A stretch of DNA of 32,000 nucleotides, from assembly GCF_000020025.1 (NCBI RefSeq), contig NC_010628.1, positions 3,060,001-3,092,000 on the forward strand, given 5' to 3'. Each line of letters opens with the position of its first letter. Within the stretch, counting starts at the first letter, position 1. A program made the translations under genes and the position numbers. Of this stretch, positions 11,701-19,128 are shown piece by piece. The notes beneath the pieces were generated by a model. The model was given only the letters and a program-made list of their open reading frames with translations. It ran no database searches and was not told the origin of the DNA. Source of the stretch: Nostoc punctiforme PCC 73102. Lineage in GTDB: Bacteria; Cyanobacteriota; Cyanobacteriia; Cyanobacteriales; Nostocaceae.

Positions 11701-13444
11701 CAGTGATTTCGATCAACGTCTAGTAGCATACATTGTCCCAACAGGAACAGAGGATGAAGACCTTCAAGGTGAACACGTGGAATTATGGCAACAAGTTTTC
11801 AATGATGCCTACCATCAACCACAAGATATAGAAGATGACCCAACGCTAAATTTGGCTAGTTGGAATGATAGCTATACAGGAAAACCTTATCCCAAAGCTG
11901 CGATGCAAGAATGGCGGGATAAAACTGTTGAGCAAATTCTAGAACTTGCACCCAAACGGGTCTGGGAAATCGGTTGTGGGACAGGGATGTTATTGTTGAA
12001 AATTGCTCCCCATTGTCAAAAGTACCTGGGTACAGACCTTGTAGCAGCAGGTTTGCATTATATTGAACAACATCTTCAACAGCAGTCTCTTAAGGAAAAA
12101 GTTACTTTAAAACAAGGTGCAGCTAACCAGTTTGAAGGCATTGAAATAAATAATTATGACCTGGTAATACTAAATTCTGTTATTCAGTATTTTCCCTCTT
12201 TAGATTACTTATTGTCAGTATTGGACGGGGCGCTCAAAGCTGTGAGAACTCAGGGAACAATCTTTATTGGTGATGTGCGAAATCTCCATTTATTAGAAGC
12301 TTTCCACACCGCAGTTGAGTTTTATCGCGCCCCTGATGAATTATCAATTAAAGACTTGCGTCAACAGATTAAAAAAAGCATCCGCACTGAAGGCGAATTA
12401 TTGATTGATCCTAATTTCTTTATCGCTCTCAAACAAAAATTTCCTCGAATTAGTAATGTACAAATTCAATTGAAACGAGGTTCTGCTCAAACAGAAATGA
12501 ACCGTTTTCGTTATGACGTTGTTTTACATTTGGATCAAACAGATATTCCCCTTGCGGAACCTGAATGGTTAGATTGGCAGAGCCAGCAATTAAATTTGGA
12601 AACAATCGAGGGAATTTTAACGACTCAGCAACCAGATTTACTAGGCATTAAAGCTGTTCCCAATGCTTATCTAACTTCAGAAATGTTGCTGTTAGAAGAA
12701 AGTACTCAATTAGATGGTACTGTTTCAGACTTAAAAGCGGCAGTTGCTCAAGCCAAATTAGGCATAGAACCCGAAGCATTCCGAACTTTAGCGAGAGATT
12801 TGCCCTATACGCCTTTTATTCAATATAGTTCCACAGGATTTTCCGATTACGATGTTGTTTTTCAACGGAATATCCCTGGACAGGCAATATTGCCAAGATT
12901 TGCTCAGAATAAAAATTTGCGACAGAAACCTTGGCAACGTTATGCAAATCAACCGTTGCAATATCGCACCAATCAAGTTGATCCAGCGTTATTAGCAGAA
13001 TGGCGAGATTTTCTAGCTAAAAATCTCCCTGATTATATGATTCCTAGCCATTTCATGGTCTTAGATCAACTACCACTAACACCAAATGGAAAAGTAGACC
13101 GTAAAGCTTTACCTGCGCCAAATGCAACCGTTTCCTCAACAGACATTGAATTGCCTGTAACCTCGACAGAAAAATTGCTTGCCGAATTGTGGGCGAAGCT
13201 GCTTAAATATGAAGCGCTCGCTCGCTCTGATAACTTCTTTAATTTAGGCGGTCATTCATTATTAGCAACCCAATTAATTGCCCGCATCCGCGACAAATTC
13301 AAAGTAGAACTGGCGTTGCGTAAAATATTTGAGTTTCCCACTCTCAGCGAATTGGCAAGTTATCTCGATAGCTGCATTTGGGTAAATTCCTCCACCGCAG
13401 ATATGCAACCTTTAAACTCAGACGAAGAGGAAATTGAACTATGA
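5708..13444 (+). CDS. aptC: Bimodular NRPS subunit C-A-T-C-A(MT)-T; AptC-like, modules 4-5 with embedded N-methyltransferase
   Basis: C1 VIHHIVCDGWS; A1 LAYIIYTSGSTGQPKG..NCYGPTE..NGKLDR; T1 FFELGGHSLLATQL; C2 NMHHIITDGWS. A2 is LAYVIYTSGSTGKPKG..NVYGPTE..GRSDRQVKLRGFRIELGEIE, followed by the MT insert and then LPDYMIP..NGKVDR. T2 is FFNLGGHSLLATQL. Confidence 0.95.
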   Translation: MSDLLKRLETLSPEKRELVLQKLKKQQQSPQNNHRLTPLLTPVSREQLLPLSFAQQRLWFIDQLEGENCVYNVPFFWQISGLLNISALEKAIAEIVQRHEVLRTSFSIVDESPIQVIHPHPQLTMQVLDWRQLTQADQLSKAQQLAAEELQKPFDLSNPPLLRVKLLQLADQTHLLLLVIHHIVCDGWSMDIFRRELFSLYTAFCAGEVSPLPELSLQYADFAHWQRQWLQGEVLQTQLNYWQKQLAAVPPLLELPTDKPRPSVQSFKGRSEFLELNQDLTQKLKRLSQESGTTLFMTMLAAFTLLLSRYSGQQDIVVGSAIANRNRRETEPLIGFFVNTLALRTNLQGNPSFLELLERVKQVTLDAYDHQDLPFEKLVDELGLERSLSHHPLFQVAFGLQSGTPEKLEIPGSTLTRFKWENTTTLFDLSLIFRETPQGLTGEWEYATDLFEAKTIQRMVGHFEVLLKGIVDNPQQSINNLPLIAESERQQLQNWNQTKTDYPLNQTLVDLFEAQAAKNPHNLALVFESQSLTYQQLNQKANQLAHYLIQNHQIKPDTLICICVERSLEMIIGVLGILKTGGAYVPIDPNYPKERIEFMLEDSGISVLLTQSHLKEQLPLAKLKHGVICLDNETFTQELIDNLNPQSTPDNLAYIIYTSGSTGQPKGVMIEHRAIVNLSLAWAETFQVQHDSRWLQFGSFSFDLSIGEIATSLSAGACLYLAKKETLLPSQTLVDLLRDRKISHFTLSPSALSVLPQASLPNLQAVIVGGEACAAELVTQWGTKRRFFNCYGPTESTVIASISSCEPNGKKPSIGQPLSNIRIYILDAHNQPLPPNIPGELCIAGVGLARGYLNRPDLTAEKFIEVELFGKTEQIYKTGDLARWTDDGNLEYLGRIDAQVKLRGFRVELGEIESLLLQHSLVKEAVVILYEADNNPRLVAYVTAKEKSSNLSSQLKDSLKICLPNYMIPSQIMVLEQLPLTLNGKLDRRALPAPDTAISTNFEAFVTPTEELLATLWQTLLKAKSVGRQDNFFELGGHSLLATQLVARIRDTFGVEVSVRKVFEQSILSELATEIDKASSVIALPPITPQPENAPKNLSFAQSRLWFLDQLEGTGTSATYNMSTALQLEGKLNIEALRASFDYLIDRHTILRTYFPALEGEAQVVVQNPEDIEVLAIVNLQSLNPQTQAETVQRLADSHAQEPFDLNTGPLFKAKLLQLSEQKNVLLINMHHIITDGWSMGVFKREWEQVYAAFAAGYTPNLSPLPIQYSDYAAWQRNWLQGEILESQENYWKQQLGDAPRLLDLPTDYPRPAQQSYQGGREEYSLSHEVTQKLKAISQQQGVTLFMTLLTAFSILLSRYSRQEDLCVGSAIANRTHNNTEGLIGFFVNTLVLRSKVRPEQSFSELLQQTRQTCLDAYAHQDIPFEYLVEQLQPERSLSHNPLFQVMMVLQNTQEAGKNVSLPGLDIQYLEQSLPFAKFDLTLDFSERGDRLHCMWEYATDLFEAETIRRMAGHFEVLLEAIIQNSIQPIHQLPLITTAEIQQLQVWNQTDINYPKNQTLVNLFEQQVAKTPDNIAVVFEDQSLSYQELNQKANQLAHYLLGLKKEQQLPDNPLIAICVERSLLTIIGLFAILKAGGAYVPIDPSYPRDRIHLMLEDSNASVLLTTDPIKKQLPLEKLKNPCQVVFLEKETWDNQPTNNINLQSSLDDLAYVIYTSGSTGKPKGVAICHSSLTNFLYSMREKPGIAASDTLLAITTISFDIAALEIYLPLIVGAKIVLVSREIASDSLQLSKQLLNGITFMQATPATWRILLAAGWKGSTQLKILCGGEALTWELANQLLERSAELWNVYGPTETTIWSDIYQINTFERGNYSQGAVVSIGKPIANTRIYILDSYDQPLPPGIPGELCIAGAGLAQGYLNRPDLSAEKFIDIKLFNQTERIYKTGDLARWLPDGNLQYLGRSDRQVKLRGFRIELGEIEASLLKHSKIQEAVVIIREDSDFDQRLVAYIVPTGTEDEDLQGEHVELWQQVFNDAYHQPQDIEDDPTLNLASWNDSYTGKPYPKAAMQEWRDKTVEQILELAPKRVWEIGCGTGMLLLKIAPHCQKYLGTDLVAAGLHYIEQHLQQQSLKEKVTLKQGAANQFEGIEINNYDLVILNSVIQYFPSLDYLLSVLDGALKAVRTQGTIFIGDVRNLHLLEAFHTAVEFYRAPDELSIKDLRQQIKKSIRTEGELLIDPNFFIALKQKFPRISNVQIQLKRGSAQTEMNRFRYDVVLHLDQTDIPLAEPEWLDWQSQQLNLETIEGILTTQQPDLLGIKAVPNAYLTSEMLLLEESTQLDGTVSDLKAAVAQAKLGIEPEAFRTLARDLPYTPFIQYSSTGFSDYDVVFQRNIPGQAILPRFAQNKNLRQKPWQRYANQPLQYRTNQVDPALLAEWRDFLAKNLPDYMIPSHFMVLDQLPLTPNGKVDRKALPAPNATVSSTDIELPVTSTEKLLAELWAKLLKYEALARSDNFFNLGGHSLLATQLIARIRDKFKVELALRKIFEFPTLSELASYLDSCIWVNSSTADMQPLNSDEEEIEL
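11750..12975 (+). other. SAM-dependent methyltransferase domain inserted between A8 and A9 cores of AptC module 5 (approximate bounds)
   Basis: The SAM-binding motif VWEIGCGTG is at 11960-11986. The insert of roughly 400 aa sits between GRSDRQVKLRGFRIELGEIE and LPDYMIP, the standard position of NRPS N-MT domains. Confidence 0.85.
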
Positions 13445-13626
13445 CTATGACACAAAATCAGCAATTAATTTCTTTAATGCTTCGTTTGCAAAATATGGGC
13501 TGCAAAATATGGGCTGAAGACGATAAATTACGAATTCGTACTAGTAAAAATGCCTTAACTTCTGAACTCAAGCAGGAAATTCAAGCCAACAAAGCAGATA
13601 TATTAGCATTCTTAAATTCTGCTAAA
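13441..13626 (+). other. N-terminal TubC-like beta-hairpin docking domain of AptD
   Basis: QLISLMLRLQNMGCKIWAEDDKLRIRTSKNALTSELKQEIQANKADILAFL fits the TubC-type docking pattern as I recall it (L..L...G..LWaE.d.LR.r....L..El...i...K..iL.fL). Confidence 0.6.
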
Positions 13627-16600
13627 ACCACAACTGTCATGGCAGAAGAAATTCCGACCTTGCCAGATGATGCCCCCAAGTCCCTTTCCTTTGCTCAACA
13701 ACGCCTCTGGCTGTTAGGGCAACTCCAAGGGCCATCAGCTAGTTACAATATGCCGATGGTTTTACAACTTGATGGAAACCTCAATATTGATGCTTTGCAT
13801 TCTAGTTTGGCTTATTTGCTGAATCGGCATGACAGTCTCAGGATGTATTTTCCCACAGTGGTGGGACAACCCCAGGTTGCGATCGCAAATTTAGAGGACA
13901 TCGAAGTTTTAACGTACCAGGTACTGGGGACTGGGAATCAAGAAACAAACGTTCAGCGTTTTATCGATGCTTATGTTCAAGAACCGTTTGACTTAAGTAC
14001 TGGCCCTTTGTTTAAAGCAAAACTGCTGCAACTCAAGGAGCATAAATATGTGTTGCTCATCAATATGCACCACATTATCAGTGATGGCTGGTCAATGGGG
14101 GTATTTGTGCGGGAGTTACGGCAAGCTTATACCGCCTTTGCCCAAGGTCAAGCCCCAAACCTTGCACCATTACCTATTCAATACAGCGACTACGCAAACT
14201 GGCAACGAAACTGGTTACAAGGAGAGGTATTAGAAAACCAGATTAATTACTGGAAACATCAACTGGGCGATGCTCCTCCATTACTGGAGTTACCTACTGA
14301 TTATCCCCGTCCAGCATTGCAAAGCTACCGAGGCGATCGCTATACTTACTCCTTAACGCCAGAATTAAGCGATGCCGTTAAAACTTTCAGTCAACAGCAA
14401 GGTGCAAGTCTATATATGACCTTGTTGGCAACTTTGAGTATTCTGCTGGCTCGTTACAGTCGCCAAAACGATCTGTGTATTGGTTCTCCCATTGCCAACC
14501 GCACCCATAGCCAAACTGAATCATTGATTGGCTTTTTTGTCAATACCTTAGTACTGCGTAACCAAATCCAACCTGAGCAAAGTTTTATCGAGTTCCTGCA
14601 ACAAACTCGCCAAACTTGTTTAGATGCATACTCTCATCAAGACATTCCCTTTGAGGTTCTGGTAGAAAAGTTACAACCAGAACGCAGTATGAGTTATAAC
14701 CCATTATTTCAGGTGATGTTTGCACTGGAAAATAATGAAAGTCCCGACCTGAGTTTACCAGGATTAGAGATTGAATGGCTGGGAGTGAAGGGTGCGATCG
14801 CTAAGTTTGACTTAACACTGATAGTAATGGAATATGACAACCAGTTAAATTGCTCTTGGGAATACGCTACCGATCTCTTTGAAAAGGGTACTATCCAACG
14901 GCTGGCGGAAAAGTTTGAAGTTCTGCTGAAGGGAATTATTGATAATCCTCAACAACCGATCAATACTTTGCCTTTGATGACAGCAGCCGAACTGCTACAA
15001 CTCCAATGCTGGAATCAAACTCAAACTGATTATCCCCACGATAAAACTTTAGTTGAACTGTTTGAAGCCCAAGTTGCCAAAAACCCTGATAATCTTGCTT
15101 TGGTTTTTGAATCCCAAAGCCTAACTTACCAACAACTGAATCAAAAAGTTAATCAACTGGCTTATTACCTGATTCAAAATCACCAAGTTCAGCCAGACAC
15201 CTTAATTGGTATCTGCGTTGAACGTTCTTTGGAAATGATCGTTGGTGTACTCGGTATTCTCAAAGCGGGTGGCGCTTATGTACCGATTGATCCCAATTAT
15301 CCCCAAGAGCGGATTAAGTTCATGTTAGAAGATTCTGGGACATCGGTGTTACTAACTCAAAGTTTCGTCAAACACCAATTACCCCTGGGTGAACTGAAAT
15401 ACACTTGTCAAGTCATTTTTTTGGATAAGGCAATTTTTAGTTTGCAGTTAACCGATAATCCCAGTTCCCAAAGTACACCTGATAGTTTAGCTTATGTTAT
15501 CTATACCTCTGGTTCGACGGGACTACCAAAAGGAGTGATGATTGAGCATCGCGCAATTGTCAATTTAAGTTTGGCTTGGGCGAAAACTTTTCAAGTTAAA
15601 CAAAACAGCCGTTTGCTTCAGTTTGGTTCTTTTAGTTTTGATCTGTCTATTGGTGAAATTGCTACTACCCTCACCACAGGTGCTTGCTTGTATCTTGCTA
15701 AAAAAGAAACCTTGTTACCCAGTCAAATCTTAGTTGATTTCTTAACTCATCACAAAATTTCCCACAGCTTTTTATCTCCTTCAGCCTTATCTGTCTTACC
15801 TCAAGCAACCTTACCCGATTTGCAATGTCTAACCGTTGGTGGTGAGGCTTGTCCAGCCGAATTAGTTACTCAGTGGGCAACAACGGGACGGTGTTTCTTT
15901 AATTGCTACGGCCCTACGGAATCTACGGTTAATGCTGCGTTAGCTATGCTTGCCGCAGGAATCGCACTTTGTCATCCTAATGGAAAAAAACCACCGATTG
16001 GTCAACCATTATCTAATATCCGCATCTATATATTAGATCCTCACAACCAACCATTACCTCCTGGCATACCTGGAGAATTATGCATCGCTGGTGTGGGTTT
16101 GGCACGAGGCTATCTAAATCGTCCTGACTTAACCGCTCAACAATTTATTGAAGTTGAATTATTTGGTAAGGTTGAGCGAATTTACAAAACTGGCGACTTA
16201 GCAAGATGGAAATCTGACGGAAACCTTGAATATCTGGGTCGAATAGACAATCAGATTAAACTACGGGGTTTTAGAATTGAACTCGGTGAAATTGAATCGA
16301 TTTTGTTGCAACATCCATTAGTTAAAGAAGCAATTGCCACCTTATATAAAACTGAGAGTAACCAGAGTTTAATTGCTTATGTAACGGGAATCAATAATGA
16401 TTTGTCTAGGCAATTAAAAAATCATCTAAAATCCCGTCTGCCCGATTATATGATACCTGCTCAGATCATCATATTGGATCAGTTGCCTTTAACTCCCAAT
16501 GGCAAAATAGACCGGAAAGCTTTACCTGCTCCAAATGGTGTAATTGAGGGCTTGTATGAATCCCCGCGCAACGAAGTTGAACAAAAACTAACGCAAGTGT

Positions 16601-17661
16601 GGTGTGCTGTACTCGAACGTCAAGAGATTGGGATTCATGATAATTTTTTTGACTTGGGCGGTCATTCTTTATTAGCAATCAAACTGCTCAACAATATTCA
16701 ACAGGTGTTTGAGCAACAGCTTTCTTTAAGTAGTTTATTTCAGAATCCTACTATTGCTCAACTAGCAGAACAACTTTGTAATACTGAGGTTCAACAGTTA
16801 AATCCTGATTTACTTTCACTCCAACCTCAAGGAGATGCAACCTCTCTATTTTTTCTTCCTGGCGCAAACGGACACGGGTTCTATTTTCGAGATTTAGCAA
16901 TTAATTTAGGAACTGAACGTCCAGTGTATGGACTGGAAACTCCAGGAAGAGACGGACTTAGCGCACTCCCTGAATCAGTAGCAGCCCATGCGAATCAACT
17001 GATTGATGTATTACGTCAACAGCAAGCTCAAGGTCCATACATACTAGCAGGATATTCTTCAGGTTGTGCCGTTGCTTTTGAAATAGCTTCTCAGCTAGAA
17101 CAGCAAGGTGAAACGGTGAGTTTAGTAGCTATCTTGGACGCTGGACTAGTTTCTAAACCTGAGTATTTTACTGATAGAGCAGAGCTTGATTGGATTTGGC
17201 AGTTGATTCGACGGATTGAAGCCTTAAAGGGAGTTTCTTTAGGACTGCAATACAACGATTTAGCTACTAAACCCAATGACCAAGCCAAGTGGGAACTGGC
17301 GGCAGAGTATTTGTACCGAAATAATGTTTTACCGGAACACTCCACCCTTTCTTTACTCAAAACCAATATGAAAGTAATGAAAGGACTAACGCTCAATTAC
17401 GCGCATTATCAGCCTACTCATCCAATTTCTGCCCCGATTGTTTTATTTCGCGCTCAAGAGATTCATGAAATCGTTTTGCAAGAAATCCAAGCTTTTTCTG
17501 ATTACGATTTACTCGATTGGGGATGGCAAACTTATACTCAAAAGCCTGTCAAGGTGATTTCTGTACCTGGAAACCACGGCGGAATGCTTTATGAACCCAA
17601 CGTCAAACTATTAGCCACACAATTACAGAGTGTGATGCTAGAGAAACCAGGACAGAAATGA
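13441..17661 (+). CDS. aptD: NRPS subunit dock-C-A-T-TE; AptD-like, terminating module 6
   Basis: The ATG at 13441 overlaps the aptC stop (ctATGA, 4-nt overlap). Motifs: C NMHHIISDGWS; A LAYVIYTSGSTGLPKG..NCYGPTE..NGKIDR; T FFDLGGHSLLAIKL; TE GYSSGCAVAFE and GNHGGML. Confidence 0.95.
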   Translation: MTMTQNQQLISLMLRLQNMGCKIWAEDDKLRIRTSKNALTSELKQEIQANKADILAFLNSAKTTTVMAEEIPTLPDDAPKSLSFAQQRLWLLGQLQGPSASYNMPMVLQLDGNLNIDALHSSLAYLLNRHDSLRMYFPTVVGQPQVAIANLEDIEVLTYQVLGTGNQETNVQRFIDAYVQEPFDLSTGPLFKAKLLQLKEHKYVLLINMHHIISDGWSMGVFVRELRQAYTAFAQGQAPNLAPLPIQYSDYANWQRNWLQGEVLENQINYWKHQLGDAPPLLELPTDYPRPALQSYRGDRYTYSLTPELSDAVKTFSQQQGASLYMTLLATLSILLARYSRQNDLCIGSPIANRTHSQTESLIGFFVNTLVLRNQIQPEQSFIEFLQQTRQTCLDAYSHQDIPFEVLVEKLQPERSMSYNPLFQVMFALENNESPDLSLPGLEIEWLGVKGAIAKFDLTLIVMEYDNQLNCSWEYATDLFEKGTIQRLAEKFEVLLKGIIDNPQQPINTLPLMTAAELLQLQCWNQTQTDYPHDKTLVELFEAQVAKNPDNLALVFESQSLTYQQLNQKVNQLAYYLIQNHQVQPDTLIGICVERSLEMIVGVLGILKAGGAYVPIDPNYPQERIKFMLEDSGTSVLLTQSFVKHQLPLGELKYTCQVIFLDKAIFSLQLTDNPSSQSTPDSLAYVIYTSGSTGLPKGVMIEHRAIVNLSLAWAKTFQVKQNSRLLQFGSFSFDLSIGEIATTLTTGACLYLAKKETLLPSQILVDFLTHHKISHSFLSPSALSVLPQATLPDLQCLTVGGEACPAELVTQWATTGRCFFNCYGPTESTVNAALAMLAAGIALCHPNGKKPPIGQPLSNIRIYILDPHNQPLPPGIPGELCIAGVGLARGYLNRPDLTAQQFIEVELFGKVERIYKTGDLARWKSDGNLEYLGRIDNQIKLRGFRIELGEIESILLQHPLVKEAIATLYKTESNQSLIAYVTGINNDLSRQLKNHLKSRLPDYMIPAQIIILDQLPLTPNGKIDRKALPAPNGVIEGLYESPRNEVEQKLTQVWCAVLERQEIGIHDNFFDLGGHSLLAIKLLNNIQQVFEQQLSLSSLFQNPTIAQLAEQLCNTEVQQLNPDLLSLQPQGDATSLFFLPGANGHGFYFRDLAINLGTERPVYGLETPGRDGLSALPESVAAHANQLIDVLRQQQAQGPYILAGYSSGCAVAFEIASQLEQQGETVSLVAILDAGLVSKPEYFTDRAELDWIWQLIRRIEALKGVSLGLQYNDLATKPNDQAKWELAAEYLYRNNVLPEHSTLSLLKTNMKVMKGLTLNYAHYQPTHPISAPIVLFRAQEIHEIVLQEIQAFSDYDLLDWGWQTYTQKPVKVISVPGNHGGMLYEPNVKLLATQLQSVMLEKPGQK
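16810..17658 (+). other. Thioesterase (TE) domain of AptD (approximate bounds)
   Basis: The GxSxG nucleophile elbow GYSSG is at 17050-17064. The C-terminal His motif PGNHGGML is present. The domain is the last one in the assembly line. Confidence 0.85.
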
Positions 17662-17744
17662 GCAAAAAAGCGTTGCCTACAATCATTGATTTTTTTGAAT
17701 TAGTTTGACTTTCTTAATTTTAAATTTTGAATTGGTCTAAAACA

Positions 17745-18923
17745 ATGGAAACCCTTCCTATCATAATTTCTGATGAAACTCTCCGGGATGGAGAACAACA
17801 AGCAGGTATCTTCTTCTCTTATCCAACTAAGCAAAAACTAGCCCATTTAATTGCCCAAACTGGAGTAGATAGATTATCTATGATGCCCCGTGTTCATGAG
17901 CAAGAAGAAGAGCTAGTCAAATCATTAGTATCGGAAGGATTGGATAGTCTGATCGCTGCTGCTACCATGACGGGAAAGCAGTATATCGATCAAGCCAAAA
18001 TGTACGGAGTTAAGCGCATCATCCTTTTCTACGGCCTTTCCGATCGCCTGCTGTTTCTGCGAGATCCTCAGATCCGTTTGTTGAACGAGTTTAAAGGAAA
18101 AACCATTGATGATGATATCCCAAAAAAAGTAATTGAGAGAATTCGCCAAAACGCCATTGATTTAATTGTCGAAAACTTGCACTATGCCACTACAGTTGCT
18201 GGACTCACTGTAGACTTTGCCGCCGAAGATGCCTCAAGAGCCGATTTTGACTTTTTAGTGCAATGTATCCGCTCTTTTAGCCCTTATCTCGACCATTTTA
18301 TGCTCTGTGATACCGTTGGAGTCCTCACTCCAGAAAAGAGCTATATCTGGATTAACGACCTGCTGCAACGTACAACTGGGGTTGCTTTCGGGGTACACTA
18401 CCACAATGACATGGGCTTGGCTCTCGAAAATACTCTCCAGTCTGTCATCGCCGGAGCGACTTTAGTATCGGGTACGTTTTGCGGGATTGGTGAACGAGCC
18501 GGAAATGTTGCCATTGAGCAGGTATTGAATGGGTTGCGAGTCCGCTTTGGAATTGAAGTCAAAGGGATTAATTATGATGCGATCGCCGCCGTGACTGATT
18601 ACATTGAGCAACTGGGAATTCGTCCTGCTCCCCCTTACTCTCAAACTGCTCAACGCCACGAATCAGGCATCCATGTCAATTCTTTGTTTAGCGACCCTCA
18701 AAGCTATGCTGCTTTGCCTTACAACACCATAGAGGTTCTCTTCGGTAAATGGAGTGGAATTAGTAATTTTCAATATCTATTTGAAAAGCAACTACAAAAT
18801 CCCCAACCTAGAAATCAATATGAAAAAATGCGCTCAGTGATTAAATCTCTTGCTGTTGAGCAAGAACGCTATTTTACAGCTAAGGAGGTATTGGAGTTAT
18901 GGAAAAATGGGGTGTTTAAATAA
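17745..18923 (+). CDS. hphA: HMGL-family 2-alkylmalate synthase (isopropylmalate/homocitrate synthase-like); HphA-like enzyme for homo-amino-acid supply
   Basis: Motifs ISDETLRDGEQ and HYHNDMGLALENT..GIGERAGN are present. At ~390 aa it is short and lacks a LeuA regulatory domain. It lies directly downstream of the TE-containing NRPS gene. I prefer the ATG at 17745 to the track's TTG at 17727. Confidence 0.75.
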   Translation: METLPIIISDETLRDGEQQAGIFFSYPTKQKLAHLIAQTGVDRLSMMPRVHEQEEELVKSLVSEGLDSLIAAATMTGKQYIDQAKMYGVKRIILFYGLSDRLLFLRDPQIRLLNEFKGKTIDDDIPKKVIERIRQNAIDLIVENLHYATTVAGLTVDFAAEDASRADFDFLVQCIRSFSPYLDHFMLCDTVGVLTPEKSYIWINDLLQRTTGVAFGVHYHNDMGLALENTLQSVIAGATLVSGTFCGIGERAGNVAIEQVLNGLRVRFGIEVKGINYDAIAAVTDYIEQLGIRPAPPYSQTAQRHESGIHVNSLFSDPQSYAALPYNTIEVLFGKWSGISNFQYLFEKQLQNPQPRNQYEKMRSVIKSLAVEQERYFTAKEVLELWKNGVFK

Positions 18924-19045
18924 TTCATCTTCTCATATTAGTAGCTCGCTACTGTCATGGGATGGAAAGAAATATGCGCGAGTTACATTCTACAGCTAAA
19001 ATATATAGACTTTGTTTGCATATTACTGTAACACCCTTAAAAGCA

Positions 19046-19075
19046 TTGCAAAACAAAGAATGTAGTCAATATAGT
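19046..19075 (+). promoter_or_regulatory. Candidate sigma70-type promoter for the ABC transporter gene
   Basis: TTGCAA (19046-19051), an 18-nt spacer, then TATAGT (19070-19075), about 55 nt upstream of the ATG at 19129. This is a pattern match only. Confidence 0.2.
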
Positions 19076-19128
19076 AAAATACCAAAATTATTCAGTCAGC
19101 CTCAAGAGCCTCAACTGATTTTTAGAAT

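Noticed and set aside
993-17396. Eleven short alternative-frame or antisense ORFs inside the NRPS genes (993-1232, 2587-2772, 3012-3266, 6255-6446, 8775-8963, 9074-9286, 9378-9563, 11214-11453, 12788-12976, 14048-14233, 16469-16678, 17091-17396)
   Set aside because: All are fully nested in long, motif-rich NRPS reading frames. Their products are low-complexity or Cys/Ser-rich without motifs. 9378-9563 and 14048-14233 are the same off-frame reading of the duplicated C-domain HHxxxDG region.
17727-17744. TTG start proposed by the ORF track for the hphA-like gene, and likewise TTG 22919 for the small ORF
   Set aside because: In-frame ATGs at 17745 and 22931 give typical N-termini. The ATG at 22931 has a well-spaced GAGGA SD.
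17925-18659. Antisense ORFs 17925-18149 and 18462-18659 within the hphA-like gene
   Set aside because: They are nested opposite a well-supported HMGL-family CDS, and I see no motifs or ribosome-binding sites.
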